Source: Parcubacteria group bacterium GW2011_GWA2_42_14 (GTDB lineage: Bacteria > Patescibacteriota > Minisyncoccia > Sungbacterales > GWA2-42-14). From it: a stretch of 64,000 nucleotides of DNA. A model generated the notes under the pieces. The model ran no database searches. It had not been told where the DNA came from and saw only the letters and a list, made by a program, of their open reading frames with translations. The stretch is from positions 85,681 through 149,680 of the forward strand of contig LCCV01000004.1 in the NCBI GenBank assembly GCA_000998135.1, read 5' to 3'. Shown here piece by piece: positions 26,078 through 34,244 of this stretch (its first letter is position 1; every line of letters begins with the position of its first letter). The position numbers were made by a program, and so were the translations under genes.

Positions 26078-26758
26078 ATGAATAATTATTTAATAAGACA
26101 ATCTAATAATAAACGTATTGCGAAGCGCGTTATTCTTTGGTTATTGGTTGCTGTCGGCATTGGGCTGGCTTCTTTCGGAATGGTTAAGCTTGTTAAAATT
26201 TCACCAACGGCCACTACGGCATCGCTTGTTCTGGCCGTTTCCGACAACGATTGGTTTAAGGGCGCGAAAGACGCCCAAGTCGTTTTGGTGGAATACAGCG
26301 ACTTTCAATGTCCGGCTTGTAAAGCTTATTATCCGTTTCTTAAAAAACTGAATGCCGATTTTGAGGGAAAAATTAAATTTATTTACAGGCATTTTCCTTT
26401 GCCCCAGCATAAAAACGCTAAAATCGCGGCTTTAGTAACGGAGGCCGCCGGCAAGCAGGGAAAATTTTGGGAAATGCATGATTTGATTTTTGAGAATCAG
26501 GATAAATGGTCTGGTGAAAACAATGCCGGAGAAATTTTTGCGCAATACGCCCATTTTCTCGGCCTTGATACGGAAAAATTAGGCCAAGATTTGAATTCTT
26601 CCGAAGTTAAAGAAAAAGTGGAAAATGATTTGCAAAGCGGAATCCAGTCAAAAGTGAATTCCACCCCGACCTTTTTCCTTAACGGCGTTAAATTGCAAAA
26701 TCCAAGAAGTTATGATGAATTTAGAAAAATTATTGAAGAATTCCTCAATGCCTCCTAA
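26078..26758 (+). CDS. DsbA-like thiol:disulfide oxidoreductase (thioredoxin fold), membrane anchored
   Basis: N-terminal transmembrane segment. CPAC active site (YSDFQCPACKAYYP). DsbA-like length. Translationally coupled to the downstream VKOR gene. Confidence 0.7.
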   Translation: MNNYLIRQSNNKRIAKRVILWLLVAVGIGLASFGMVKLVKISPTATTASLVLAVSDNDWFKGAKDAQVVLVEYSDFQCPACKAYYPFLKKLNADFEGKIKFIYRHFPLPQHKNAKIAALVTEAAGKQGKFWEMHDLIFENQDKWSGENNAGEIFAQYAHFLGLDTEKLGQDLNSSEVKEKVENDLQSGIQSKVNSTPTFFLNGVKLQNPRSYDEFRKIIEEFLNAS

Positions 26759-27176
26759 ATGGCTTATTTATTCTTTGCTATTTTTGAGCTTAATCGGTTT
26801 TCTTGATGCCGATTATATCACCATCAAGCATTATCTCGGAGTTCCTTTGACCTGCTCCATTTTTGAAGGATGCGAAAAAGTAACGACCAGCCAGTACGCG
26901 ACAGTCGGAAATATTCCGGTGGCATTGTTCGGCGCGGTTTATTATCTTTCAATTCTGGTTCTTGTGATTTTATATCTGGACACGGGAAGGGTTGGGGCAA
27001 TTCGTTTGATTTCCCGTTTCAGCGTTGCCGGATTTTTGGCCTCTCTTTGGTTTATTTATCTCCAATTATTTGTGATAGGGGCAATTTGCTTTTATTGCAT
27101 GGTTTCCGCGGTTACTTCCACAAGTATTTTTATTGTCGGCATGCGGCTGATGATAAAAGAGTATAAGAATAATTAA
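26748..27176 (+). CDS. vitamin K epoxide reductase (VKOR) family protein
   Basis: Loop Cys pair (LTCSIFEGCEK). Transmembrane CFYC active site. About 4 transmembrane segments. Start ATG at 26748 overlaps the DsbA stop. Confidence 0.7.
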   Translation: MPPKWLIYSLLFLSLIGFLDADYITIKHYLGVPLTCSIFEGCEKVTTSQYATVGNIPVALFGAVYYLSILVLVILYLDTGRVGAIRLISRFSVAGFLASLWFIYLQLFVIGAICFYCMVSAVTSTSIFIVGMRLMIKEYKNN

Positions 27177-27204
27177 GAATCTTTTAATTACAAAATGCTT
27201 TTTT

Positions 27205-27445
27205 AGTCATTGCGAGGAGTCCCGAGCGCGTCGAGGGACGACGAAGCAATCTTAATAGTCATTGTGAGGGAGCGAGACGACCGAAGCAATCCCGAGAATT
27301 ATTTATTTAAGAGATTGCTTCGTGGATGGATTCGATAAACTCACCACAGGGTTTATCCTGAGCGAAGTTGAAGGGCCCGCAATGACAAAAAGAGATTGCT
27401 TCCCGCCATGCTCCTTTCGGTTGCTCGCGGTCGCAATGACAGCGG
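27205..27445. repeat. compound palindromic element (family A type with embedded gataaactcaccacagg module)
   Basis: agtcattgcgagg…gagattgcttcgtggatggattcgataaactcaccacagggtttatcctgagcg…gcaatgac modules. Shares a 40-nt block with 25735-25775. Confidence 0.65.
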
Positions 27446-27473
27446 AATGGCATTTTATAATTCAAGGAAAGCT

Positions 27474-27980
27474 ATGAAAAAAAATACGAACATAATTATT
27501 ATCGGCGTAATTTCTGTTTTGGTTCTGGCCGGACTTATTTGGTTCGCGCGTCCATCGCCCTCAAACAATAATAATTTGGCAAACGTAAGTTCCGGCCCTC
27601 CTGCTTCGTTGGGCGCGGAAGAGTCGGATTTTGATTTCGGTCAGGTTTCCATGGCTTCGGGAAAAGTCAGCCATTTATTCAAGATTAAAAATACCGGAGG
27701 GCAAGATTTGGCAATAAATAAAATGTACACATCCTGCATGTGTACTATTGCCACTTTAATTAGCGGCGGTAAAAAATTCGGTCCTTTCGGCATGGCCGGA
27801 CACGGTTTTATTCCGAAGATTAACGCGAGTGTTGTTTCGGGAAGCGAGGCAGATGTTGAAGTTGTTTTTGACCCGGCCGCTCACGGCCCCGCCGGGGTGG
27901 GGCTTATTCAGCGCGTAATATACCTTGAAACTTCAGCCGGAGAAAAACAATTCGGGATAAAGGCGGTAGTTATACCTTAA
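27474..27980 (+). CDS. DUF1573-domain protein, membrane anchored
   Basis: SDFDFGQVSMASGKVSHLFKIKNTGGQDLAINKMYTSCMCT matches the DUF1573 pattern. N-terminal transmembrane segment. Confidence 0.55.
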   Translation: MKKNTNIIIIGVISVLVLAGLIWFARPSPSNNNNLANVSSGPPASLGAEESDFDFGQVSMASGKVSHLFKIKNTGGQDLAINKMYTSCMCTIATLISGGKKFGPFGMAGHGFIPKINASVVSGSEADVEVVFDPAAHGPAGVGLIQRVIYLETSAGEKQFGIKAVVIP

Positions 27981-27995
27981 CAAATATGCTGTTCT

Positions 27996-28082
27996 CTAAT
28001 CAATCTCTAATTTTATTCGCGAATGGTTCGACGAGCTCACCACAGGCATTCGCGAACTAATTCGCGATTGATTAGCGATAAC
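27996..28082. repeat. palindromic element family C copy 2
   Basis: …ttcgcgaatggttcgacgagctcaccacaggcattcgcgaactaattcgcgattgattagcgat. About 90 percent identical to the 12421-12512 copy. Confidence 0.7.
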
Positions 28083-28086
28083 ATTT

Positions 28087-28878
28087 TTGGAAAAATCAAA
28101 ATTAAAAATAATTATCCTGATTGTTATTGCTGTAATCCTTTCTGGCATGTTTCTTTTTTTCCGTTTCAGCCCAACCGGAACGTCTGTTTTATGGAATTGG
28201 TCGGGCGGAGGCAGGATTTTACTGCCGCTGGTTTTGGTGTCGGCTTTGATTGACAGTGTTAACCCCTGCGCGTTTTCCATTTTGCTCCTGACCATAGCTT
28301 TCCTTTTCAGCATCGGTTCGTTAAGAGCCAGCATTTTGAAAATAGGCAGTTCCTATATTTTCGGAATTTTCAGCGCTTACATTCTCATAGGTCTTGGAAT
28401 TTTGGGAACTCTGCATATTTTCAATACTCCGCATTTCATGGGGCGTCTTGGCGCGATTCTTCTTATTATTCTTGGCATAATAAATCTTATAAACGAGTTT
28501 TTTCCGTCTTTCCCTGTAAAACTGAAAATTCCGCAGTCAGCTCACCATAAAATGGCAGAACTTGTGAATAAAAGTTCGTTGCCGGCCGCTTATTTTTTGG
28601 GAGTACTGGTGGGGCTTTGTGAATTTCCCTGCACCGGCGGGCCGTATCTTATGGTTCTCGGGCTTTTGCATGACACCAAAACCTATTTTTCCGGAGTCGG
28701 TTACCTCTTCCTCTATAATGTTATTTTTGTCCTGCCGCTGGTAATAACTCTTTTATTGGCAAGCAATAAACTGCTTTTGCAAAAAGCGCAGATTTTATAC
28801 GGCAAGGAAAAAAGATTGATGCGATTGGGAGGAGGGATAGCGATGATAATTCTTGGGGTAATTATTCTTTTATTTTGA
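28087..28878 (+). CDS. CcdA/DsbD-transmembrane-domain family protein (disulfide reductant transporter)
   Basis: Transmembrane Cys motifs DSVNPCAFSILLL and CEFPCTGGPY. About 6 transmembrane segments. Paralog at 51057-51773. Confidence 0.6.
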   Translation: MEKSKLKIIILIVIAVILSGMFLFFRFSPTGTSVLWNWSGGGRILLPLVLVSALIDSVNPCAFSILLLTIAFLFSIGSLRASILKIGSSYIFGIFSAYILIGLGILGTLHIFNTPHFMGRLGAILLIILGIINLINEFFPSFPVKLKIPQSAHHKMAELVNKSSLPAAYFLGVLVGLCEFPCTGGPYLMVLGLLHDTKTYFSGVGYLFLYNVIFVLPLVITLLLASNKLLLQKAQILYGKEKRLMRLGGGIAMIILGVIILLF

Positions 28879-28882
28879 ACTT

Positions 28883-29392
28883 ATGGCCATTGTTTTTGCG
28901 ACAATCTTATTTCTTGCCATTACCGCCTTTGTTTGGCTACTGAACAAAGTTTTTCCTTTTGAAATTTGCCCGATTTGTGCCGGAGTCAGCGGTTCTTGGC
29001 TTTTGCTTTCTGCCGGTATCGTTTTTGGATTGCTGCCGCCCGATTCAATCGGGCGAGCCTCGCCCCTTTGGGGCGGGGAAGCCGGAAGCTGGCAGTTGGC
29101 GGTTGCGCTCGCCATGGGCGGTTCGGTTGTTGGCATTGCTTATAAAAGCGAGTATATGTTTTCGTGGGGCCGTAAAAATCCATTGCTTTGGAAATTGACG
29201 ATAATCGGCATCGGCATGCCGCTTGCTTATTTGGCGGTAAATATTTTGAATTTGAAGGTTTTTATTGCGGAGGTCGTGTTTCTTTTAGTTCTTACATATA
29301 TATTTTTCGTGAGAACACCTGAAAGAAAAATAGCGGCCGCAAGTAATGGTCAAATTAAAGAATTAGAAGATAAATTAAAAAATTGCTGTTAA
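28883..29392 (+). CDS. hypothetical membrane protein (contains in-frame copy of GC-rich repeat G)
   Basis: 4-5 transmembrane segments. The segment GRASPLWGGEAG is encoded by gggcgagcctcgcccctttggggcggggaag (29051-29081). Confidence 0.4.
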   Translation: MAIVFATILFLAITAFVWLLNKVFPFEICPICAGVSGSWLLLSAGIVFGLLPPDSIGRASPLWGGEAGSWQLAVALAMGGSVVGIAYKSEYMFSWGRKNPLLWKLTIIGIGMPLAYLAVNILNLKVFIAEVVFLLVLTYIFFVRTPERKIAAASNGQIKELEDKLKNCC

Positions 29393-29446
29393 GATTTTGT
29401 CCAAAATTGTGAAGTTGGACCAAAACAATTTTGGCAATAAAATTTT

Positions 29447-30550
29447 ATGAAAAACTTAGAACAAGAAAAAATATCGGATTCTTCCGCCGGTGAAGCCGTT
29501 GGAGAAAATCAAGCGGTTGAAGAAACTAAGGAGGAGAAAAATAAAATATCTCCGCTGGGCTGGATTATCGGTACTTTGGTTATTGTTGTTTTGTTTTCGC
29601 AGTTTTTTGAAGTGGATTTTAAATTGCGTACTCCGTCAAAATCAGCCAAAGAACAAGCGGCAGTTGTTCAAAACATTTCTTATGAAGAGCCGGCATCGGC
29701 GAATAAATCCGATCTGGAAGAAAAAGTTCTGCCGTCTGAAGGAATTGTTTTGCCGGTACGCTGGGGCGATTTGGGGGTAAAAATGACAAGTGTTGGCGTT
29801 ATTGACCGGAATAAATTGGAAACGCTTTATGCCGAGCGCGCCGCCTCATCAGGGGCGAGCCTCGCCCCTTCGGGGCGGGGAGGATTGAGTGATGAAGAAA
29901 AAAAATTTCTTGACGGAAGCGATAACGGAAACATAAAAATTACCGAAGAAAATTCCGGTTTTGTTTTGAATCTTTTTTGGGCGCTCGGTCTGGGAACAAG
30001 AAACAGCATATTGGAAAGCGGCCCCATGCAAAATTACGGCGGTATAGGAAATTTCGCATCCGTCGGCGGTTGGACTCTTGCCGAAGGCAGCGCCATGAAC
30101 CATTACAGCCGCCATCCTCTGGTTGTTTTAACAAAAGAACAACAGAAATTAGTTGAAGAGGTAAGTAAAAATATTTTCCGGCCTTGTTGCAATAACCCGA
30201 CTTATTTTCCCGACTGCAATCACGGCATGGCTATGCTCGGGCTTTTGGAACTTATGGCATCCCAAGGAGTTTCCGAAGAGGAAATGTATCGCGTAGCGCT
30301 TGAGGTAAATTCATTCTGGTTTCCGGACCAATATTTAACCATTGCTAAATATCTGGAATCAAAAGGTGTTGCTTGGAAAGATGTTGTTCCTAAGGAAATT
30401 TTAGGAGCAAAGTATTCAAGCGCTTCCGGGTTTAGCAATATTGCGAGTGAAATTGAGCCGGTGGAAAACGGCGGCGGCTCTGGCTGCGGGGTTGAAAGCG
30501 GCGCACCCGCGCCCAGAGAAAACAGGGGTAGTGGCGGATGCGGCGTATAA
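29447..30550 (+). CDS. hypothetical protein with conserved CC-x5-FPDC-x-HG Cys motif and Gly-rich C-terminus
   Basis: N-terminal transmembrane segment. RPCCNNPTYFPDCNHGMAMLGL motif. C-terminal GGGSGCGVESG…GSGGCGV. Contains repeat G in-frame (29852-29881). Confidence 0.4.
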   Translation: MKNLEQEKISDSSAGEAVGENQAVEETKEEKNKISPLGWIIGTLVIVVLFSQFFEVDFKLRTPSKSAKEQAAVVQNISYEEPASANKSDLEEKVLPSEGIVLPVRWGDLGVKMTSVGVIDRNKLETLYAERAASSGASLAPSGRGGLSDEEKKFLDGSDNGNIKITEENSGFVLNLFWALGLGTRNSILESGPMQNYGGIGNFASVGGWTLAEGSAMNHYSRHPLVVLTKEQQKLVEEVSKNIFRPCCNNPTYFPDCNHGMAMLGLLELMASQGVSEEEMYRVALEVNSFWFPDQYLTIAKYLESKGVAWKDVVPKEILGAKYSSASGFSNIASEIEPVENGGGSGCGVESGAPAPRENRGSGGCGV

Positions 30551-30572
30551 CAAAACTCGGTCTTGTAATTAT

Positions 30573-31046
30573 ATGTATATGAGAAGCGTAATATTAAAAT
30601 CAGCTGGAAAAGGATTTTTGGCCGCTGGCGGATTGGTTGGTATTTATTTTTCTGTCGTTATTTTAATTTCAGGGGCAAGTTTTGCTTTAAGCCAATTTTA
30701 CGAATTCTGGTATTTTATCATTGCTTTGGCTTTGGGATTTGGCGTTCAGGTCGGTTTATATACTTATCTTAGAAACGCGATTTTAGAGCGGGGTTCGGCC
30801 GGAAAAGTTTTGGCAGTTTCCGGCGCTACTTCAACTTTGGCCATGATTTCTTGCTGTTCGCATTATTTGGTAAATATTCTGCCGGTCATTGGAGTTACGG
30901 GAATTATCAGCATTATAGGCCAATATCAGATTGAATTTTTCTGGGTTGGTTTGATTTTTAATTTGGTTGGCATTGTTTATATCGCAAGAAAAATATTTAA
31001 TTTCGTGTATAAGAATTCCGAGACAATCCAAAAACTGTCATCCTGA
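30573..31046 (+). CDS. hypothetical membrane protein
   Basis: 4 transmembrane segments. The stop codon lies inside family A element copy 31037-31128. Confidence 0.4.
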   Translation: MYMRSVILKSAGKGFLAAGGLVGIYFSVVILISGASFALSQFYEFWYFIIALALGFGVQVGLYTYLRNAILERGSAGKVLAVSGATSTLAMISCCSHYLVNILPVIGVTGIISIIGQYQIEFFWVGLIFNLVGIVYIARKIFNFVYKNSETIQKLSS

Positions 31047-31128
31047 GCGATAGCGAAGGATCTCCGGCTGGTGAAATTAGCTTAAACTTGAGATTCTTCC
31101 CCTTCGCACGGCTCAGGGTCAGAATGAC
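31037..31128. repeat. hairpin repeat family A copy
   Basis: gtcatcctgagcg…gagattcttcc…ctcagggtcagaatgac. Confidence 0.65.
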
Positions 31129-31134
31129 GACAAC

Positions 31135-31593
31135 TTGAGTATGAATAATAAACTTTATATTTTGGGAATAATTTTTGTTTTTGGTCTGATAATTTTAGGG
31201 GTTTTTCGCGCGCCCAAGGACAAAAACCCGGAGCCGAAAAAAACGCTTGTTATCAAAGAAACGGCGGTTTGGGAATCCAAGACCAATGCCGAGGGTGCGG
31301 TAACTGTTACGGTAACCCCCAAGAGTTTAACCGGCACCGTATGGAATTTTGAAATATCGTTAAGTACTCATTCCGTTGAGTTGGATGAAGATTTAACCAA
31401 GGATGTTGTTTTGCTTGACGAAAGCGGAAAAGAATTTAAACCGATTTCCTGGGAAGGGGACGGGCCGGGCGGTCATCACCGGGAAGGGGTTTTAAACTTT
31501 ATGGCGATTGAACCAAGATCGTCCTCAGTTGAATTGAAAATCAGGGATATCGGTGAAATAAAAGAAAGAATTTTTCAATGGGATATTAAATAA
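31135..31593 (+). CDS. hypothetical membrane-anchored protein (immediately upstream of Cu-ATPase)
   Basis: N-terminal transmembrane segment then a beta-rich domain. Ends GDGPGGHHREG. No confident family. Confidence 0.4.
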   Translation: MSMNNKLYILGIIFVFGLIILGVFRAPKDKNPEPKKTLVIKETAVWESKTNAEGAVTVTVTPKSLTGTVWNFEISLSTHSVELDEDLTKDVVLLDESGKEFKPISWEGDGPGGHHREGVLNFMAIEPRSSSVELKIRDIGEIKERIFQWDIK

Positions 31594-31595
31594 TT

Positions 31596-34058
31596 ATGGA
31601 ACATAATCATAAAATTGAAAAAGAGGTTGAAAAAGAATCTTACTGTGTTTGCGGTAATGGGTGTTTATGTTGGAGCGCTGAAAAGTTAAGCGTAAATTGC
31701 GGTTGCGGTATGGAGGCCAAGCAGTTTGAATATAAAATGGATAAAAAGTGCTGTCATACCGAACACGGGCACGGCGGAGAGCCAAAGAATGATGAAAAAA
31801 TTGTTTACCCCGTTAGAAGTCCGGAAGTGCCTTTGTCTTTAGGGCTGCCTAAGGGCGAAGCCGATTTACATCATGGTTTTTCATCAGACATGAAGCCCTC
31901 TTTGACTTCTAACGTGGTTTACACCTGTCCGATGCATCCCGAAGTCGTAAAAAATGAACCCGGGCTTTGTCCCGGCTGCGGCATGGCGCTCGTGCCAAAA
32001 AAAAGCGAAGAATACGGTGGAAAAGATTTTTCAAAAATAAGTCATAAAGACCACGAAGCGGCAATGACCAATCCGGAGATGGCTAAAAAGATGGAAGTGG
32101 ATATGCGGCGCCGGTTTTGGATTTCTTTTCTTCTTTCTATTCCTGTCGTTTTGTATTCTCCTTTGGGGCTCAACTATTTCAAACTTAATCTTCCGACTCC
32201 GATTCCGGCAAGCTGGCTTCTTTTTCTTTTAACTACGCCGATTGTTTTTTGGACCGGCTCAATTTTCATTACCGGCACTTATTATTCGTTTAAGGCCAAA
32301 AAACTCAATATGGCGGTTTTGATTGCTACGGGAGTTTTGGCGGCATATCTTTTCAGTGTTTTATTTACGTTCATCCGGCCGGAGTCGGAAACATTTTATG
32401 AAGCCGCGGCTTTGCTTGTAACTTTCGTTCTTTTCGGCCATTGGATGGAGATGAAATCACGCCGAGGCACCTCGGATGCCCTACGCGCTCTTTTTGACCT
32501 TGTACCGCCGAAAGCAAATGTTATTCGCGGGGGAAAAGAAATGAACATACCAAGCGCTGAAATAGTTCATGGCGATATTGTTGTGTTGCGTCCCGGAGAT
32601 AAGGTGCCGGTTGACGGAGAAATTATTGAGGGCGAGTCCTCCGTTGATGAATCGCTGGTAACCGGAGAATCTATTCCGGTTTCCAAAACTATTGGCGCGA
32701 AAGTAATTGGCGGTTCGGTAAATCAAACCGGCATGGTCAAATTTAAAGCCGTTCAAGTCGGTTCAGAAACCGTTTTGGCGCAAATCATCAAACTTGTTGA
32801 AACCGCCCAGAACTCCAAAGCTCCGGGACAGCGTATTGCCGATAAAGCGGCCGGGTGGCTCGTTATTGTTGCCATTGGTTCGGGTCTTGCCGCGTTTTTG
32901 GGATGGTATTTCGGCGCGGGCGCCGGCTTTCTAACAGCGCTTACTTTTGCAGTTTCCACTATTGTGATTGCCTGCCCCGATGCTTTAGGCCTGGCAACGC
33001 CAACGGCAGTTGCCGTGGGAACCGGAATCGGCGCCAAACATAATATTCTTATTAAGGACGCGGCCACGCTTGAAAACACTTCCCGTCTTAATGCTATCGT
33101 GCTTGATAAAACCGGAACGCTTACGGAAGGAAAACCGAAAGTTACCGATGTCGCCGCTTTCAACGGTTTTACGGAACGGGAAATACTTAATTATGAAGCT
33201 AGTGTTGAAGTCGGTTCAAACCACCCCCTTGCTAAAGCGATAATGGAAGAAGCAGAAAGGCGGGGCGCTATGCCGCTTGAATCGATTGGTAAATTTGAAT
33301 CTATTCCCGGGCACGGTCTTAAAGCGGTAATTAACGAAAAAACGGTTTTTGCCGGAAAAGAAAAATTTCTGACTGATAATAGAATAGAGATCGGGAATGG
33401 TCGGACAGTACTTGATAAGCTGGCCGGTGAAGGAAAAACTTTAAGCTTGCTCGCGGTTGGCGGGATTTTTGCCGGGATAGTAGCGGCGGCCGATACAATA
33501 AAACCAAACGCGAAAAAAGCGGTTGAAGAACTTAAAAAACTCGGCATTGAAACAGCAATGATTACCGGCGACCATAAAAAAGTTGCCGAGGCCGTCGGTA
33601 AAGAATTGGGGATTGAGCGAATTTTTGCCGAAGTTTTGCCGGAAGACAAAGCCAAGTATGTTAAAAAATTGCAGGAGGAAGGAAAATTTGTGGCCATGGT
33701 GGGCGACGGCATCAATGACGCGCCGGCCCTTGCCCAATCGGATATAGGAATTGCTATCGGAGCCGGCACCGATGTTGCCAAAGAAACCGGAAATATTATT
33801 TTGGCCAAATCCGATCCCTTGGATATTGTACGCGCCATTCTTTTGAGCAAGGCCACCGTCCGGAAAATGAAGCAGAATCTTTTTTGGGCCGCGATTTATA
33901 ATATTTCAGCCATTCCGGTGGCGGCCGGCGTTTTTTACAGTTCGCTTGGCTGGTCTTTGCGGCCGGAAATTTCAGCTCTTCTTATGTCGGCCTCGTCTAT
34001 TATTGTCGCCACCAACGCGGTATTATTAAAAAGAGTTGAATCTTTCCTTAAGCAGTGA
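31596..34058 (+). CDS. heavy-metal (copper-type) P1B-type ATPase with Cys-rich N-terminus and atypical CPD transmembrane motif
   Basis: DKTGTLT phosphorylation site. GDGINDAPAL hinge. TGES actuator (LVTGESIPV). N-terminal CxC/CC clusters and YTCPMHPEV…CPGCGM metal-binding motif. TM6 motif reads IACPDALGLATP (checked against the DNA: tgc ccc gat), not the usual CPC. Confidence 0.8.
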   Translation: MEHNHKIEKEVEKESYCVCGNGCLCWSAEKLSVNCGCGMEAKQFEYKMDKKCCHTEHGHGGEPKNDEKIVYPVRSPEVPLSLGLPKGEADLHHGFSSDMKPSLTSNVVYTCPMHPEVVKNEPGLCPGCGMALVPKKSEEYGGKDFSKISHKDHEAAMTNPEMAKKMEVDMRRRFWISFLLSIPVVLYSPLGLNYFKLNLPTPIPASWLLFLLTTPIVFWTGSIFITGTYYSFKAKKLNMAVLIATGVLAAYLFSVLFTFIRPESETFYEAAALLVTFVLFGHWMEMKSRRGTSDALRALFDLVPPKANVIRGGKEMNIPSAEIVHGDIVVLRPGDKVPVDGEIIEGESSVDESLVTGESIPVSKTIGAKVIGGSVNQTGMVKFKAVQVGSETVLAQIIKLVETAQNSKAPGQRIADKAAGWLVIVAIGSGLAAFLGWYFGAGAGFLTALTFAVSTIVIACPDALGLATPTAVAVGTGIGAKHNILIKDAATLENTSRLNAIVLDKTGTLTEGKPKVTDVAAFNGFTEREILNYEASVEVGSNHPLAKAIMEEAERRGAMPLESIGKFESIPGHGLKAVINEKTVFAGKEKFLTDNRIEIGNGRTVLDKLAGEGKTLSLLAVGGIFAGIVAAADTIKPNAKKAVEELKKLGIETAMITGDHKKVAEAVGKELGIERIFAEVLPEDKAKYVKKLQEEGKFVAMVGDGINDAPALAQSDIGIAIGAGTDVAKETGNIILAKSDPLDIVRAILLSKATVRKMKQNLFWAAIYNISAIPVAAGVFYSSLGWSLRPEISALLMSASSIIVATNAVLLKRVESFLKQ
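31808..31917. repeat. family B palindromic element inserted in-frame within the Cu-ATPase gene
   Basis: ccccgttagaagtcc … gacttctaacgtgg. Encodes YPVRSPEVPLSLGLPKGEADLHHGFSSDMKPSLTSNV between the Cys-rich N-terminus and the CPMHPE motif. Confidence 0.7.
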
Positions 34059-34106
34059 TTTTAGTTATAATTATTATTATATTTATCTTTGATTACGAAA
34101 TATAGT

Positions 34107-34218
34107 TATTGCCTGAGCTTGTCGAAGGCATACATTTATGGAAACCCTTCTCCGCCAGAGGCGGATCCGCCTCTGACGGAAACTCCATTGTGGCTCGCTC
34201 AGGGAATAAAACTCCGGC
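34107..34218. repeat. palindromic element, family D copy 4 (variant with cagaggcggatccgcctctg core)
   Basis: Shares cctgagcttgtcgaagg and gctcgctcagggaataaaa with the other D copies. Confidence 0.55.
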
Positions 34219-34244
34219 TATTTCGTAATTCAAGGTATACTTAA

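Noticed and set aside
32481-33856. Several antisense or out-of-frame ORFs (32481-32756, 32753-33163, 33191-33856, 33441-33737) inside the Cu-ATPase gene
   Set aside because: They are fully contained in a well-supported 820-aa P-type ATPase ORF. They are low-complexity and proline/serine-rich, typical of spurious reverse-strand frames.
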